This document shows positions 11,615-22,562 of a stretch of 64,000 nucleotides of DNA, piece after piece. The notes beneath the pieces are model-generated. The model was not told where the DNA came from and searched no databases. It saw only the letters and a list, made by a program, of their open reading frames with translations. Source of the DNA: Elusimicrobiota bacterium (GTDB taxonomy: Bacteria > Elusimicrobiota > Elusimicrobia > F11); the NCBI GenBank assembly GCA_044221725.1, contig JBGAON010000003.1, forward strand, positions 160,001-224,000, in the 5' to 3' direction. Both the position numbers and the translations under genes were made by a program. Each line of letters begins with the position of its first letter. Position 1 is the stretch's first letter.

Positions 11615-13274
11615 CAGCAACCGCCCTAACCACGGCGGCATTCGTCTGAGACCCGAAGGGGCTCTCTTGCGGACTTATTTGCGCGCCGCCGGTGTTGCGC
11701 AGGAATCAATCAACAAGCCACTTATTGGAGTCGTGACGGTGGCGACGCAGATCTTTTCCGAGCGTCCCGATGCGCGGGAACTGGGAAATGCCGCGGTCTC
11801 TGGCGTGGAAGCCGCTGGAGGAATGGCTGTCCGTTGGGACACTGTTCGCACGCCCGACCAAGTTGCCTGGGGACATGCGGATAGTTACAGCTTTGCGTGG
11901 CGAGATCAGCTGGCCGATTTCATTGAAAGTTGGGCACGACAGGAAGCGCTCGATGGTCTTGTTCTCGTCGGTGACTCCCATAAAACGCTCGTGGGCATGG
12001 CCATGGCGGCGGCGCGATTGAATTTGCCGGCAATTGTTATTCCCGCTGGTTCGGCAAAATGGGTTTACAAGGAAAGCGAGAAAGAGAGCGACAAAAAATC
12101 ATCGGCGTCCGAAGAATTTTCAGAAATTGTTTTTGGGAAAAAGAAGGTTCCGGCCACACAGGAAAAACTTTTTAACGAAGCCCTGCTTGCACAAGACGGA
12201 CATTCAACGCACGCGATGGATCTTGTAATCGAAGCGTTGGGGCTGGCGTTACCGGGTATCTCGACTGCGAGCATTGGCTCGCCCAAGAAGCACGAGCTGG
12301 CACACGCATCGGGTCAGCGAATCATTGCGTTGGTCCAGTCAGGATTTTCGGCGCGTCGCGCGCTAACGTCCAACTCGTTTAATAACGCCGTGCGACTCAA
12401 CGCGGCTCTCGGCGGTTCGGTGGATGTGGCGGTGCATTTGATGGCTCTTGCGCACGAAGCGGGCGTGACGCTCGCAATTGATCAGTTCGATAAGATCAGT
12501 CGTGAAACGCCCCAAATAACTCGCTTGGGCGGTGTAGGTCTTAAGGCGCCGCACAACATCGAAGATTTGGATCGTGCCGGCGGGGTTTGGTCCATCTTGC
12601 ATGCGCTGAAAGATTCGGTAGCGCCGTCGACGACCGTTTGCGGAAAGGGGGCATCGGAACTTGCGAGATCCGCGGTCATTAAAGAAACACAAATAATTTC
12701 AGCGAACCGACCGCTCGCAAAACAGAGTGGAGTCGGTGTTTTGCGTGGCAACTTGGCGCCGAAAGGGGCTGTGTATCTTTTGAATCAAGTGTATCCAGCG
12801 CTCATCCAATTCCGCGGCACCGCCGCGGTGTTTGAATCCGAATTCGAAGCGATTCGTGCGATCAGCGATAATCAGATCAAGAAAGGAATGGCCATTGTTG
12901 TGCGCGGGCAAGGAGCAAAAGGTGGCCCGGGGCTTCGCAAGCTGAGAATTTTGCCGGCGCTGCTGGAAAGTCGTGGGCTTAACAAGACGACACCGGTGAT
13001 AACGGATGGTCGTTTGCCGGACACGCCGGCCGGACTTTTTATTAGCTTTGTTTCGCCGGAGGGTGCGGTGAGTGGTCCATTGGCGGTTCTTAAAACCGGT
13101 GATGCGATTGAAATTAATACATTCGCACATTCGCTATCGGTTCGTTTGACGGACATGGAGCTCAAGATTCGACAGACGCGTTGGCAGGCTCCGGAGTCCA
13201 AAGCGGCAAAAGGATTTTTAGGACGATATTCGCGTTCCGTGTCAGAAGCACACGAGGGCGCGGTGCTTAAATAA
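11604..13274 (+). CDS. dihydroxy-acid dehydratase (IlvD/Edd)-fold protein lacking Fe-S ligands and catalytic residues; probable pseudoenzyme
   Basis: IlvD scaffold (KPLIG, EALGLALPG, LRGNLAPKGA, GGPG, TDGR, VSPE); CDK replaced by SHK, TDGRFSG by TDGRLPD; only one Cys; RBS AAGGAG before ATG 11604. Confidence 0.8.
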   Translation: MQSDSNRPNHGGIRLRPEGALLRTYLRAAGVAQESINKPLIGVVTVATQIFSERPDARELGNAAVSGVEAAGGMAVRWDTVRTPDQVAWGHADSYSFAWRDQLADFIESWARQEALDGLVLVGDSHKTLVGMAMAAARLNLPAIVIPAGSAKWVYKESEKESDKKSSASEEFSEIVFGKKKVPATQEKLFNEALLAQDGHSTHAMDLVIEALGLALPGISTASIGSPKKHELAHASGQRIIALVQSGFSARRALTSNSFNNAVRLNAALGGSVDVAVHLMALAHEAGVTLAIDQFDKISRETPQITRLGGVGLKAPHNIEDLDRAGGVWSILHALKDSVAPSTTVCGKGASELARSAVIKETQIISANRPLAKQSGVGVLRGNLAPKGAVYLLNQVYPALIQFRGTAAVFESEFEAIRAISDNQIKKGMAIVVRGQGAKGGPGLRKLRILPALLESRGLNKTTPVITDGRLPDTPAGLFISFVSPEGAVSGPLAVLKTGDAIEINTFAHSLSVRLTDMELKIRQTRWQAPESKAAKGFLGRYSRSVSEAHEGAVLK

Positions 13275-13393
13275 CTCATAGGTTATTAGACCCTCTTCTG
13301 CAAACCGAAGAGGGTGTCGCTGGCCAGACGTTTTGGCGGCTCCCAGAACCCTCTACAAAAGGCAATTCGGGGCGATAGCTTAGAGAAAAAAGG

Positions 13394-15190
13394 ATGAACA
13401 TGAACATCATGAAAGACTCAGCAAAAAAAGCCTCAAGCAGTACTCCGCAAGAATCAACTCCAACGTTGTTATCCGGTGCGCAAATCGTTGTGGAAGGATT
13501 GGTCCGCGAAGGTGTCACGCACATTTTCGGAATTCCGGGTGGCGCGTGTTTGCCGCTGTTCGATGCGTTTTACGGATCGAAACTCAACCTCGTTCTCACG
13601 CGTCACGAACAAGGTGCCTCGCACATGGCCGACGGTTACGCTCGGTCCACGGGTCGCGTCGGCGTTTGTATCGCCACCTCGGGTCCCGGTGCAACGAACC
13701 TTGTGACCGGTCTCGCGACAGCGAACATGGACTCCATTCCGGTTGTGGCGATCACAGGACAGGTGGCCACGCATCTCATCGGTAACGACGCGTTCCAAGA
13801 AGCGGATGCGACCGGCGTCATGCGCCCCGTCACAAAACACAATTTCATGGTGAAAGACGTGCGCGACCTCGCGCGCACGATTCGCGAAGCTTTTTATATC
13901 GCACGCTCCGGTCGTCCGGGGCCCGTGCACATTGATATCCCCGTCGACATTCAGCGCGCAAAGATTGCGTTCGAATGGCCGGAAACAGTAAAGCTCCGTT
14001 CGTACAAACCGAAAACCGAAGGTCATCCGAAACAGATTCAGAAAGCCATTGAGTTGCTGGAGAATGCCGAAAAGCCGCTGCTCTACGTTGGTGGTGGTGC
14101 GGTGCTCTCGGGCGCCACACAAGAATTGTTGCGACTGTCCGATCGCGCCGACATTCCGGTGGTCCACACGCTGATGGCAAACGGTGCCTTTCCATTTGAC
14201 CATCCGAATTATATTGGTGTGCTTGGTATGCATGGAAAATATTCAGCGAATATTGCCATGCAAAATTGTGATGTGCTCGTTTCTGCGGGAGCTCGGTTTG
14301 ATGACCGTGTGACCGGGAATCTGGCCACGTTCTCAAAGCAATCAAAGAAAATCCATATTGATATTGATCCGGCCAACATCGGAAAAACCGTGCCGGTCGA
14401 CGTGCCACTCGTGGGCGATGTGAAAGCGGTGATCAAATCGATCGCCGATCAGATAAAGCCAGCGAAGCACGCGCCATGGCGAAAGCAGCTCCAAGAATGG
14501 GAAGACAAGCATCCGTTCGCGATTAAGCCGGGTTCGAAAGTTCTGCAACCGCAGTTTCTCATTCAGGAACTGCACCGCCTCACAAAAGGCGAAGCGATTG
14601 TTGCGACGGGCGTGGGCCAACACCAGATGTGGGCCATGCAGTGGTATCAAGCGAAATACCCGAAGACATTTTTGACATCGGGTGGGCTTGGTACGATGGG
14701 CTTTGGTTTTCCGTCGGCGATTGGAGCACGGTTTGCGAATCCGGACCGCGTTGTTGTGTGTATCGACGGCGACGGATCGTTCCAAATGACGATGTCGGAG
14801 CTGGCGACGATTGTGCATGAGAACGTGAAGGTGATCATCATTGTGATCAACAACTACTTCTTGGGCATGGTGCGTCAGTGGCAGGAGCTCTTTTATAAGG
14901 AGCGCTTCTCCGCATCGAATCTCACGACGAATGGAGCGGACACTGAAAAATCAGGTTTTCCAGAAGCGGGTTCGCTGAAATATCTTCCGGACTTCGTGAA
15001 GTTTGTGGATGCCTACGGCGTGAAAGGCGTGCGCATTTTCAAGAACGAAGAAGTCGAAGGCGCGATCAAAGAAGCATTGGCATCGAAAGGATCTTTCCTT
15101 ATTGAAGCGATGATCTCGCCCGATGAGAAAGTGTTCCCAATGGTGCCCGCCGGCGCCGGTCTCGACGATATTATTGTGGACATGGCGTGA
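13394..15190 (+). CDS. ilvB: acetolactate synthase large subunit
   Basis: [40 protein letters not shown]. Confidence 0.96.
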   Translation: MNMNIMKDSAKKASSSTPQESTPTLLSGAQIVVEGLVREGVTHIFGIPGGACLPLFDAFYGSKLNLVLTRHEQGASHMADGYARSTGRVGVCIATSGPGATNLVTGLATANMDSIPVVAITGQVATHLIGNDAFQEADATGVMRPVTKHNFMVKDVRDLARTIREAFYIARSGRPGPVHIDIPVDIQRAKIAFEWPETVKLRSYKPKTEGHPKQIQKAIELLENAEKPLLYVGGGAVLSGATQELLRLSDRADIPVVHTLMANGAFPFDHPNYIGVLGMHGKYSANIAMQNCDVLVSAGARFDDRVTGNLATFSKQSKKIHIDIDPANIGKTVPVDVPLVGDVKAVIKSIADQIKPAKHAPWRKQLQEWEDKHPFAIKPGSKVLQPQFLIQELHRLTKGEAIVATGVGQHQMWAMQWYQAKYPKTFLTSGGLGTMGFGFPSAIGARFANPDRVVVCIDGDGSFQMTMSELATIVHENVKVIIIVINNYFLGMVRQWQELFYKERFSASNLTTNGADTEKSGFPEAGSLKYLPDFVKFVDAYGVKGVRIFKNEEVEGAIKEALASKGSFLIEAMISPDEKVFPMVPAGAGLDDIIVDMA

Positions 15191-15201
15191 TGGAGGGAAT
15201 T

Positions 15202-15732
15202 ATGAACGAATCCAATATGAGACATACCATTTCACTTTTGGTGGAAAATAAGTTCGGCGTTTTGGCGCGGATCTCGGGACTTTTCTCGGCGCGCGGGTAC
15301 AACATTGACTCGCTGTCGGTCGGAACCACCGAGGATCCGAACGTGTCGCGCATGACGATTGTTGTGAAAGGCGACAACCAAGTGCTCGAACAAGTTGAAA
15401 AACAATTGAACAAGCTCATCGATGTTATCAAGGTGGCCGATTATCAAGAGACGCCGCACTTGGAACGCAATCTCGCATTAATTAAGGTTGCCGCGGACAA
15501 AGCAACGCGCAGTGAGCTGATTCAAATTTGCGATATCTTTCGCGCAAAGATTGTGGACGTAGCGGTTGATTCGATTATTGTCGAGATGACCGGTGATGAA
15601 GAAAAAATAGAAGCTCTGTTACGGATGCTTCGACCGTTTGGCATTAAAGAAATGTGTCGCACGGGCATTGTGGCGATGGCAAGGGGAGCCAAAGGCATCT
15701 CGGTCGCCGAATTGGAGAGGGTATTGTCATGA
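15202..15732 (+). CDS. ilvN: acetolactate synthase regulatory subunit
   Basis: [40 protein letters not shown]. Confidence 0.95.
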   Translation: MNESNMRHTISLLVENKFGVLARISGLFSARGYNIDSLSVGTTEDPNVSRMTIVVKGDNQVLEQVEKQLNKLIDVIKVADYQETPHLERNLALIKVAADKATRSELIQICDIFRAKIVDVAVDSIIVEMTGDEEKIEALLRMLRPFGIKEMCRTGIVAMARGAKGISVAELERVLS

Positions 15733-16826
15733 GCAAAACAGCAACAAAATCGGCAGCAAAGAAGCACACGTTTTCAACGAACGGAAAAAGCAAACTCGAT
15801 CTTTCGGGATTGAAAGCCAAGGTGTATCACGATCAGGATGCGGATCTGAAATGGTTAAAGAATAAAAAGATCGTCGTTGTTGGTTATGGTTCGCAGGGGC
15901 ACGGTCAGGCGTTAAACTTGCGGGATTCCGGTCTCAACGTTCACATCGCGGTGCGCAAAGGCGGACGCGGATGGAATTTGGCGCTGAAGCACGGTTGGGC
16001 CGAAGGCAAGAACCTCTCGGACAATGTGGCCGAAGCCGTGAAGCAAGCGGATTGGATTCATATTCTTCTCCCAGATGAAACCCAAGGCGAAGTGTGGCAG
16101 AACGAAATTGCGCCAAACTTGAAGAAAGGCGCGACGGTTGCTTTCTCGCACGGATTTAATATCCGCTATTCGCAGATTGTTCCTCCGAAAGATTGCGACG
16201 TTGTGTTGGTGGCGCCGAAAGGCCCGGGCCATTTGGTTCGCCGCACCTACGAAGAAGGTCGCGGAACGCCGGCGCTCTTTGCGATTGAACAAGACGCTTC
16301 CGGAAAAGCCTTTCAAAACTGTCTCGCGTTCTGCAAAGGCATTGGTGCCACACGCGCGGGCGTGCTTCGCACCACCTTCAAAGAAGAAACCGAAACGGAT
16401 TTGTTCGGTGAACAGGTCGTTCTTTGTGGTGGCGCCGTTGAGCTCATCAAGAAAGGTTTCGAAACTTTGGTGGAGGCCGGCTATCAACCCGAGCTTGCGT
16501 ACTTCGAGTGCTTGCACGAACTGAAACTCATTGTCGACCTTGTTCAAGAAGGCGGCATTGGATGGATGAACTACTCGATTTCGAACACGGCGGAATACGG
16601 CGAATACAGCCGCGGTCCGCGCATTGTGACCGATGAGACAAAGAAAGAAATGAAAAAAATTCTTAAAGAAATTCAGAACGGTGAGTTCGCGCGCGAATAT
16701 TTGCTCGAGAACAAAGCCGGTAAGCCTGTCTTTAATTCGTATCGCAAAGCGATGGACGAACACGAAATTGAGAAAGTGGGCGCAGCGCTGCGCGGCATGA
16801 TGCCGTGGCTTAAGAAAAAAGAGTGA
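15729..16826 (+). CDS. ilvC: ketol-acid reductoisomerase
   Basis: [34 protein letters not shown] overlap with ilvN. Confidence 0.96.
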   Translation: MSKTATKSAAKKHTFSTNGKSKLDLSGLKAKVYHDQDADLKWLKNKKIVVVGYGSQGHGQALNLRDSGLNVHIAVRKGGRGWNLALKHGWAEGKNLSDNVAEAVKQADWIHILLPDETQGEVWQNEIAPNLKKGATVAFSHGFNIRYSQIVPPKDCDVVLVAPKGPGHLVRRTYEEGRGTPALFAIEQDASGKAFQNCLAFCKGIGATRAGVLRTTFKEETETDLFGEQVVLCGGAVELIKKGFETLVEAGYQPELAYFECLHELKLIVDLVQEGGIGWMNYSISNTAEYGEYSRGPRIVTDETKKEMKKILKEIQNGEFAREYLLENKAGKPVFNSYRKAMDEHEIEKVGAALRGMMPWLKKKE

Positions 16827-17461
16827 AGCTCGTCCCGATCGCCGGTGACGGCTGGCGATTTATCATTGGTTTCACGGCGCTCGGAGCGTTTCTTTTGTGG
16901 CTGGGTCGATGGTGGAGCACGCCGTGGGGCGTGCTCTTCATCGGCCTGGGCGTATTTTCGGTGTTTTTCTTCCGAGATTTCGATCGTAACACGCCTGCGG
17001 ATGAAAACGCGATTTATAGCCCGGGGGACGGAAAGGTCGTTGACGTTTCCACCGTTGCGGATGGTGAATACGCTGGGCAGGCGATCATCCGTATATTTCT
17101 TTCCGTATTTGACGGACATGTTCAGCGGATGCCGGCGAACGGTCGCGTGAGAAAGATCGAGTATAAAAAAGGTTTGTTCTTGGACGCGCGCCACGAGCGT
17201 GCGCACGTGGACAACGAGCAAAATACTGTGGTGCTCGATACGCCGAAAGGCACATTGATTGTGAAACAAATCGCCGGCCTCATTGCGCGGCGAATTGTCT
17301 GCTGGGCCAAAGAAGGGGACAGTTTTGTACAGGGACAACGTTACGGACTCATCCGTTTCGGTTCTCAAGTGGATGTCATTATGCCGGCCAAAGTTCAGAC
17401 GTCGGTGAAGCCCGGCGACCGGGTTGTTTCAGGAATTTCGGTTCTCGCGAGGTGGAAATAA
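16823..17461 (+). CDS. psd: phosphatidylserine decarboxylase
   Basis: [32 protein letters not shown] autocleavage motif. Confidence 0.92.
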   Translation: MKLVPIAGDGWRFIIGFTALGAFLLWLGRWWSTPWGVLFIGLGVFSVFFFRDFDRNTPADENAIYSPGDGKVVDVSTVADGEYAGQAIIRIFLSVFDGHVQRMPANGRVRKIEYKKGLFLDARHERAHVDNEQNTVVLDTPKGTLIVKQIAGLIARRIVCWAKEGDSFVQGQRYGLIRFGSQVDVIMPAKVQTSVKPGDRVVSGISVLARWK

Positions 17462-18258
17462 TGAGGGTTGGTGAAGTGAAGTTTCACAAGGCACGCGTTT
17501 TTCTTCCGAGCGTCTTCACGGTCGGTAACATGGCCATGGGCTTTTATGCGATTTTGGCGGCGTTCGAAGGTCGCTGGATTGCCGCGCCCACCGCCGTTTT
17601 TATCGGACATATCCTGGATATTCTCGATGGCCGCGTCGCTCGCTGGTTCAATATGACGAGCCGCTTCGGTGGTGAATTTGATTCGTTTGCAGACTGGGTT
17701 TCCTTTGGTATCGCACCAGCGATCATGGTTTATCTGCTTGCTCTAAAGGAATTCGGAAAAGCGGGTTTTCTGTTGGTTTTTCTGTTCGTCTTGTGCGGCG
17801 CGCTTCGTCTTACGCGGTTCAATCTGAAATCGTTTGAAGCGGAAGATGCACACGCTCCATCGAGTCCGAATTTTAGTGGTCTGCCAATTCCGGTCGCCGG
17901 CGGTTTTATTGCGGTGCTCGTGCTTCTGTTTGGATTGTCGGAAAGCGGGCATCAGGGACGCACCATGAACCTTATTTATTATCAGGTTCCGTACTTGCGC
18001 GAAGCGATTCCTCTTATTGTGTTTGGATTATCGCTGCTCATGGTTTCAAAGGTTCAGTACGTCTCCTTCAAGAAAACACATTTCTTCCGTCCGCAGTCGC
18101 TGCCCACGTTTATGGTCACGGTGTTTGTGTTTTTCATGATTTACATGTATCCGCAAAACACAATTTTTATTCTTTACTCCTCTTATATTCTGTGGGGGCT
18201 CATCATCACGTTGTGGCGCTCCACGAAAGTTCGGCCAAAGGAATCCAATCCGTCGTGA
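17461..18258 (+). CDS. pssA: CDP-diacylglycerol--serine O-phosphatidyltransferase
   Basis: DILDGRVAR...GGEFDSFAD CDP-alcohol motif, LRLTRFN, GLPIP. Confidence 0.92.
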   Translation: MRVGEVKFHKARVFLPSVFTVGNMAMGFYAILAAFEGRWIAAPTAVFIGHILDILDGRVARWFNMTSRFGGEFDSFADWVSFGIAPAIMVYLLALKEFGKAGFLLVFLFVLCGALRLTRFNLKSFEAEDAHAPSSPNFSGLPIPVAGGFIAVLVLLFGLSESGHQGRTMNLIYYQVPYLREAIPLIVFGLSLLMVSKVQYVSFKKTHFFRPQSLPTFMVTVFVFFMIYMYPQNTIFILYSSYILWGLIITLWRSTKVRPKESNPS

Positions 18259-19814
18259 GCAACAAGGCAAATCGCCTCATTATTTTTGATACCACGCTGC
18301 GGGACGGCGAACAGTCCCCGGGCGCCAGTCTCAACATTGAAGAGAAGATTGAGGTTGCCCATCAACTCGCGCGCTTAAACGTTGATGTTATTGAAGGCGG
18401 CTTCCCGATCACGAGCCCGGGCGATTTTGAAGCGGTCTCACAGATGGCCAAGAAAGTTAAAGGTCCCGAAATTTGTGGCCTCGCGCGTTGCGTGAAAAAA
18501 GACATCGACGCCGCGTGGGAAGCCGTCAAACATTCGAAGAAACCGCGTATCCACGTGTTTCTCGCGACAAGCGACATTCACATGGAGAAAAAACTAAAGA
18601 TGACGCGTCAGCAGGTGTTGGACCGCATCGCTGAAATGGTTGCCTACGCCTGCAAGTTTACTGGGAATGTTGATTTCTCTCCCGAAGATGCCGTGCGCAC
18701 CGATTTTCCGTTTCTCGTTCAGGCGGTAAAAACCGCGATCGAAGCTGGTGCGCGCACAATCAATGTGCCGGACACCGTCGGATATGCGATCCCCTTCGAG
18801 TTCGGAGGAATGATTAAGCGTTTGGTCACCGAGACCCCCGGAGCGGACAAAGCGATTTTTTCCGTCCACTGTCACAACGACTTGGGATTGGCTGTCTCAA
18901 ATTCATTGGCGGCGGTTCGAAATGGTGCGCTGCAGGTTGAGTGCACCATAAACGGTATCGGCGAGCGCGCTGGCAACGCTTCGCTTGAAGAAATTGTTAT
19001 GGCGCTCGCGACACGCAAAGATTTTTTCAATTTGGAAACGAATATTAAGACGGAGGAAATTTATCGAACGAGCCGTCTCGTTTCACGACTGACCGGAATG
19101 GCGGTTCAGCCGAACAAAGCCATCGTGGGCGCGAACGCGTTTGCGCACGAGTCCGGCATTCATCAAGATGGCGTGATTAAACATCGCCAGACGTATGAAA
19201 TCATGACACCCGAGTCGGTGGGCGTTCCGTCATCACAGATTATTCTCGGTAAATTGTCTGGGCGAAATGCGTTGCAGAAGCGCATGAAAGAGTTGGGGTA
19301 TGATCTCGACGGCAAACCGCTCGACGATTTTTTCGAACAGTTCAAGCAATTGTCCGACAAGAAAAAATACGTGTTTGATGAAGATTTGCTCACGTTGATT
19401 GAGGAGAAGGATGGCGCGGCTGCCGACCGCTACAAGTTGGAATATTTACAGACAAGTTCAGGAACTGGCGTCGTTCCAACGGCCACCGTACGTGTCTCGT
19501 TTAAGGGACAGCTATTTCAAGAGGCCGCGTGCGGCGATGGCCCCGTCGATGCTGTGTACAAAGCGATCGATAAGATCACAAAAATCGAGGTAAAACTTTT
19601 AGATTATAAACTGGCCGCTGTTTCCGGCGGAAAAGACGCGCAAGGCGAAGTGACAGTGCAGTTGGAAACGAAGTACGGATCGACGGTTCGTGGGAAAGGT
19701 GCTTCGACGGATATTATTGAGGCCAGTGCGAAGGCTTATCTATCAGCGGTGAACCGCGTCGAGGCAAAACGAACGGCAAAGCCGGCGGTTGATGCCCGTG
19801 TGGAAAAGGTTTAA
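18255..19814 (+). CDS. leuA: 2-isopropylmalate synthase
   Basis: DTTLRDGEQSPG, HCHNDLG, GERAGNA, HESGIHQDG; GTGA overlap with pssA. Confidence 0.96.
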   Translation: MSNKANRLIIFDTTLRDGEQSPGASLNIEEKIEVAHQLARLNVDVIEGGFPITSPGDFEAVSQMAKKVKGPEICGLARCVKKDIDAAWEAVKHSKKPRIHVFLATSDIHMEKKLKMTRQQVLDRIAEMVAYACKFTGNVDFSPEDAVRTDFPFLVQAVKTAIEAGARTINVPDTVGYAIPFEFGGMIKRLVTETPGADKAIFSVHCHNDLGLAVSNSLAAVRNGALQVECTINGIGERAGNASLEEIVMALATRKDFFNLETNIKTEEIYRTSRLVSRLTGMAVQPNKAIVGANAFAHESGIHQDGVIKHRQTYEIMTPESVGVPSSQIILGKLSGRNALQKRMKELGYDLDGKPLDDFFEQFKQLSDKKKYVFDEDLLTLIEEKDGAAADRYKLEYLQTSSGTGVVPTATVRVSFKGQLFQEAACGDGPVDAVYKAIDKITKIEVKLLDYKLAAVSGGKDAQGEVTVQLETKYGSTVRGKGASTDIIEASAKAYLSAVNRVEAKRTAKPAVDARVEKV

Positions 19815-20323
19815 TGGCCCGTCTTGTTCCGAAAGCCACTCCGGATGATGCGTGGAAGCAGTTATCACCAAACCGCGACTACGCGGTGTTGTGCAATCCT
19901 CAGGACACAATCTATTTTCGCTTTGGTCAGGGGCGAAGCATGTTTATGTCGCTCGAACCTTCGGCGACGGTTCGAACACTGAACAGTATCGATTTTGAAA
20001 ATGGCGAGCCCGCGCTTATAGCGAAGCTCAATCCCGATGAGAAAAATGTGCTGGGACGTACAAGCGACTGCTCCGTGAAAGTGATGCATGCGATCATATC
20101 GCGCCAACATTTGGAAATGATGCTGAAAGGCAACGTGCTCATCGTGCGGGATTTGGGTTCGACGAACGGAAGTTACATCAGTGTTCACAACAAACATTTT
20201 GATATCGAAGAATATTTGCAGGCACACCCATTGAAAGAAGCGCAAGAAAGCACAATGGATTGGGTCCATGAAGCGTTCGGGCCCGACATCGATACGTTTT
20301 TAAAAAATTACTCTGAGAAATAA
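19814..20323 (+). CDS. FHA-domain protein
   Basis: FHA signature residues GR...ISRQH...DLGSTNG. Confidence 0.8.
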   Translation: MARLVPKATPDDAWKQLSPNRDYAVLCNPQDTIYFRFGQGRSMFMSLEPSATVRTLNSIDFENGEPALIAKLNPDEKNVLGRTSDCSVKVMHAIISRQHLEMMLKGNVLIVRDLGSTNGSYISVHNKHFDIEEYLQAHPLKEAQESTMDWVHEAFGPDIDTFLKNYSEK

Positions 20324-20335
20324 AGGAAATTGATT

Positions 20336-21445
20336 ATGTCATCCGCCACCATGAGCGCCAAAACAAGTTCAAAATCAAAAGAGCCAAAAACCAGTTACAA
20401 GATCGCCGTCATCGGCGGCGATGGAACCGGTCCAGAAGTTGTGCGGGAAGGGTTAAAGGTTCTTAACGCCGCTTCGAAGAAATTTAAATTCAAACTCGAT
20501 TACGTGAACTACGATTTGGGTGGCGAACGTTACAAGAAATCCGGGGAGATTCTTCCTGATGGGACCGTGGATGAACTCCGCAAAATGGATTCCATTTTTC
20601 TCGGCGCCATCGGACATCCCGATGTGAAGCCCGGCATCCTCGAAAAGGGTTTGCTGCTTCGTTTGCGTTTCGAGCTCGATCAATACATCAACCTTCGTCC
20701 GGTGAAACTTTTTCCGAATGTGGAAACACCGCTGGCCAATAAGAGACCGGAAGATATCGATTTTGTGGTGGTTCGCGAAAATACCGAGGGCCTCTATGCG
20801 GGTGCGGGTGGATTTTTGCGTCGCGGCACACCGCACGAAGTGGCGGTTCAAGAGTCGATAAACACGCGGATGGGAGCGGAGCGCTGCCTGCGTTATGCGT
20901 TTGAGTACACGAAGAAACGCAACAAGAAAAACATGCTCACTCTCTGCGGAAAAACCAACGTTTTGACCTATGCGTTTGATTTGTGGGAGCGCGCGTTTCA
21001 TGATGTGGGAAAAGAATATCCGAGCATTAAAATGGATTACGCGCACGTGGACGCGACCTGCATGTGGATGGTGAAAAATCCGGAATACTTTGACGTGATC
21101 GTGACCGACAACATGTTTGGTGACATTATCACCGACTTGGGCGCCATGGTTCAGGGCGGAATGGGCATTGCGGCCGGCGGAAATATTAATCCAGAAGGTG
21201 TTTCAATGTTCGAACCCATCGGTGGATCGGCTCCAAAATACACGGGCCGGAATGTAATCAATCCCTTGGCCGCCATTTGTGCCGGCGGAATGATGCTCAC
21301 CGAAATCGGCCAATCGGAAGCAGGCGACGCCGTCGAGGCAGCGGTATACAAAGCACTCGAATCCGGCAAAATAAAAAGCTTGGCCGCCGGGAAAATGGGA
21401 ATGTCCACGACCGAAGTGGGCGACCTCGTCGCTTCTTTGATCTAG
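20336..21445 (+). CDS. leuB: 3-isopropylmalate dehydrogenase
   Basis: [24 protein letters not shown]; leu operon context. Confidence 0.88.
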   Translation: MSSATMSAKTSSKSKEPKTSYKIAVIGGDGTGPEVVREGLKVLNAASKKFKFKLDYVNYDLGGERYKKSGEILPDGTVDELRKMDSIFLGAIGHPDVKPGILEKGLLLRLRFELDQYINLRPVKLFPNVETPLANKRPEDIDFVVVRENTEGLYAGAGGFLRRGTPHEVAVQESINTRMGAERCLRYAFEYTKKRNKKNMLTLCGKTNVLTYAFDLWERAFHDVGKEYPSIKMDYAHVDATCMWMVKNPEYFDVIVTDNMFGDIITDLGAMVQGGMGIAAGGNINPEGVSMFEPIGGSAPKYTGRNVINPLAAICAGGMMLTEIGQSEAGDAVEAAVYKALESGKIKSLAAGKMGMSTTEVGDLVASLI

Positions 21446-22476
21446 GAGACTTTTAAAAGAACCTTTCCGGTCTGCTGTTTGCCTTCGACGTAATCGTGGG
21501 CGGTGGCCGCTTCTTCCAAGGGATAAATTTTGTCGACCGTGGGCGAAATTTCTCCCTTAAAGACGACGTTGCAAAGATCCTGAAATTCGCGCTGCGTTCC
21601 TAAGTAGGCGCCGTGGATACTCAAATCGCGACTGAACACGTATCGCAAATCAAGCGTTGCGGTTGGTCCCGTCGTGGCGCCGCAGGTTACGAGCCGGCCG
21701 TAGCGCGCGAGTGACTTCACGCTTTTCTCCCATGTCGCCGGGCCAACGTGTTCGACGACAACATTCACGCCGCGTCCGTCGGTGTGCTTGATTGCCCACG
21801 TCGAAAAATCGGAATCTTTTTCCTCGAAGAAAACGTCATCAGCGCCGAGCGATTTGAGCTTGTTCACTTTGTGGCGACTCGTGGTCACCGCAAAAACTTT
21901 AGCGCCTTTCCATTTTGCAATTTGAATCGACGCCGCACCGATTCCACTGCCCGCTCCTAGCACCAACACGCTTTCGCCAGCCGTGAGTTTTGCTTTTCCG
22001 ATAAGCATGTGCCACGCGGTGACATACGCAAGCGGGAATGCGGCGGCTTTTTCGAAGGAAAAATCATCTGGAATTGCGACAACATTCGAGTCGGGCACGG
22101 AAATATATTCGGCGTACGTTCCGTGCCTTTTTGCGCCGAGCATCGCGAAGTTATCGCACTGATTTTCGAGCCCTTTTCGGCACATTGCGCATGTCCCGTC
22201 GCTGACACCAGGGAAAAGCAGCACGCGATCGCCGACACTAACACCTTCGGCGTCTTTTCCGAGCGCCTCAACCGTACCAGCGCCGTCGGCGCCGATGATG
22301 TGAGGGAATTTCACGGGATAGGCCGGGCTCCCTTTGCGAATCCAGATGTCCACGTGGTTAATTCCCGCGAACGCGAGCTTTACCAAAACCTCATTTTCTT
22401 TCGGTTCGGGTCGAGCGATTTCTCCGACGCCTAAAACATCCGGAGCTCCGTGCTGATTTATCAAAATCGCCTTCAT
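21442..22476 (-). CDS. zinc-binding medium-chain dehydrogenase / quinone oxidoreductase
   Basis: GINHVD, GADGAG, structural Cys cluster, GAGSGIG, CGATTG. Confidence 0.88.
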   Translation of the reverse strand: MKAILINQHGAPDVLGVGEIARPEPKENEVLVKLAFAGINHVDIWIRKGSPAYPVKFPHIIGADGAGTVEALGKDAEGVSVGDRVLLFPGVSDGTCAMCRKGLENQCDNFAMLGAKRHGTYAEYISVPDSNVVAIPDDFSFEKAAAFPLAYVTAWHMLIGKAKLTAGESVLVLGAGSGIGAASIQIAKWKGAKVFAVTTSRHKVNKLKSLGADDVFFEEKDSDFSTWAIKHTDGRGVNVVVEHVGPATWEKSVKSLARYGRLVTCGATTGPTATLDLRYVFSRDLSIHGAYLGTQREFQDLCNVVFKGEISPTVDKIYPLEEAATAHDYVEGKQQTGKVLLKVS

Positions 22477-22562
22477 AAAATCCTCCAAAAATGGGTTGAA
22501 ACCACGCCGCTTCTACCATAAATACGTAGAGAACTTCAGGTTTTGGCCACGCATCGGTGATT

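Noticed and set aside
11604..13274. Calling the IlvD homolog a pseudogene or a normal ilvD
   Set aside because: The ORF is full length and uninterrupted, yet lacks the residues required for IlvD catalysis
13275..13393. c-di-GMP-I riboswitch, T-box or leader-peptide attenuator
   Set aside because: GCAAACC is present but the remaining consensus elements, T-box sequence, U-tract terminator and BCAA-rich peptide are not; kept only as an unclassified structure
16823..18258. psd-pssA inside the ilv-leu operon as a novelty
   Set aside because: The ilvBNC-psd-pssA-leuA arrangement is familiar from other bacteria such as deltaproteobacteria
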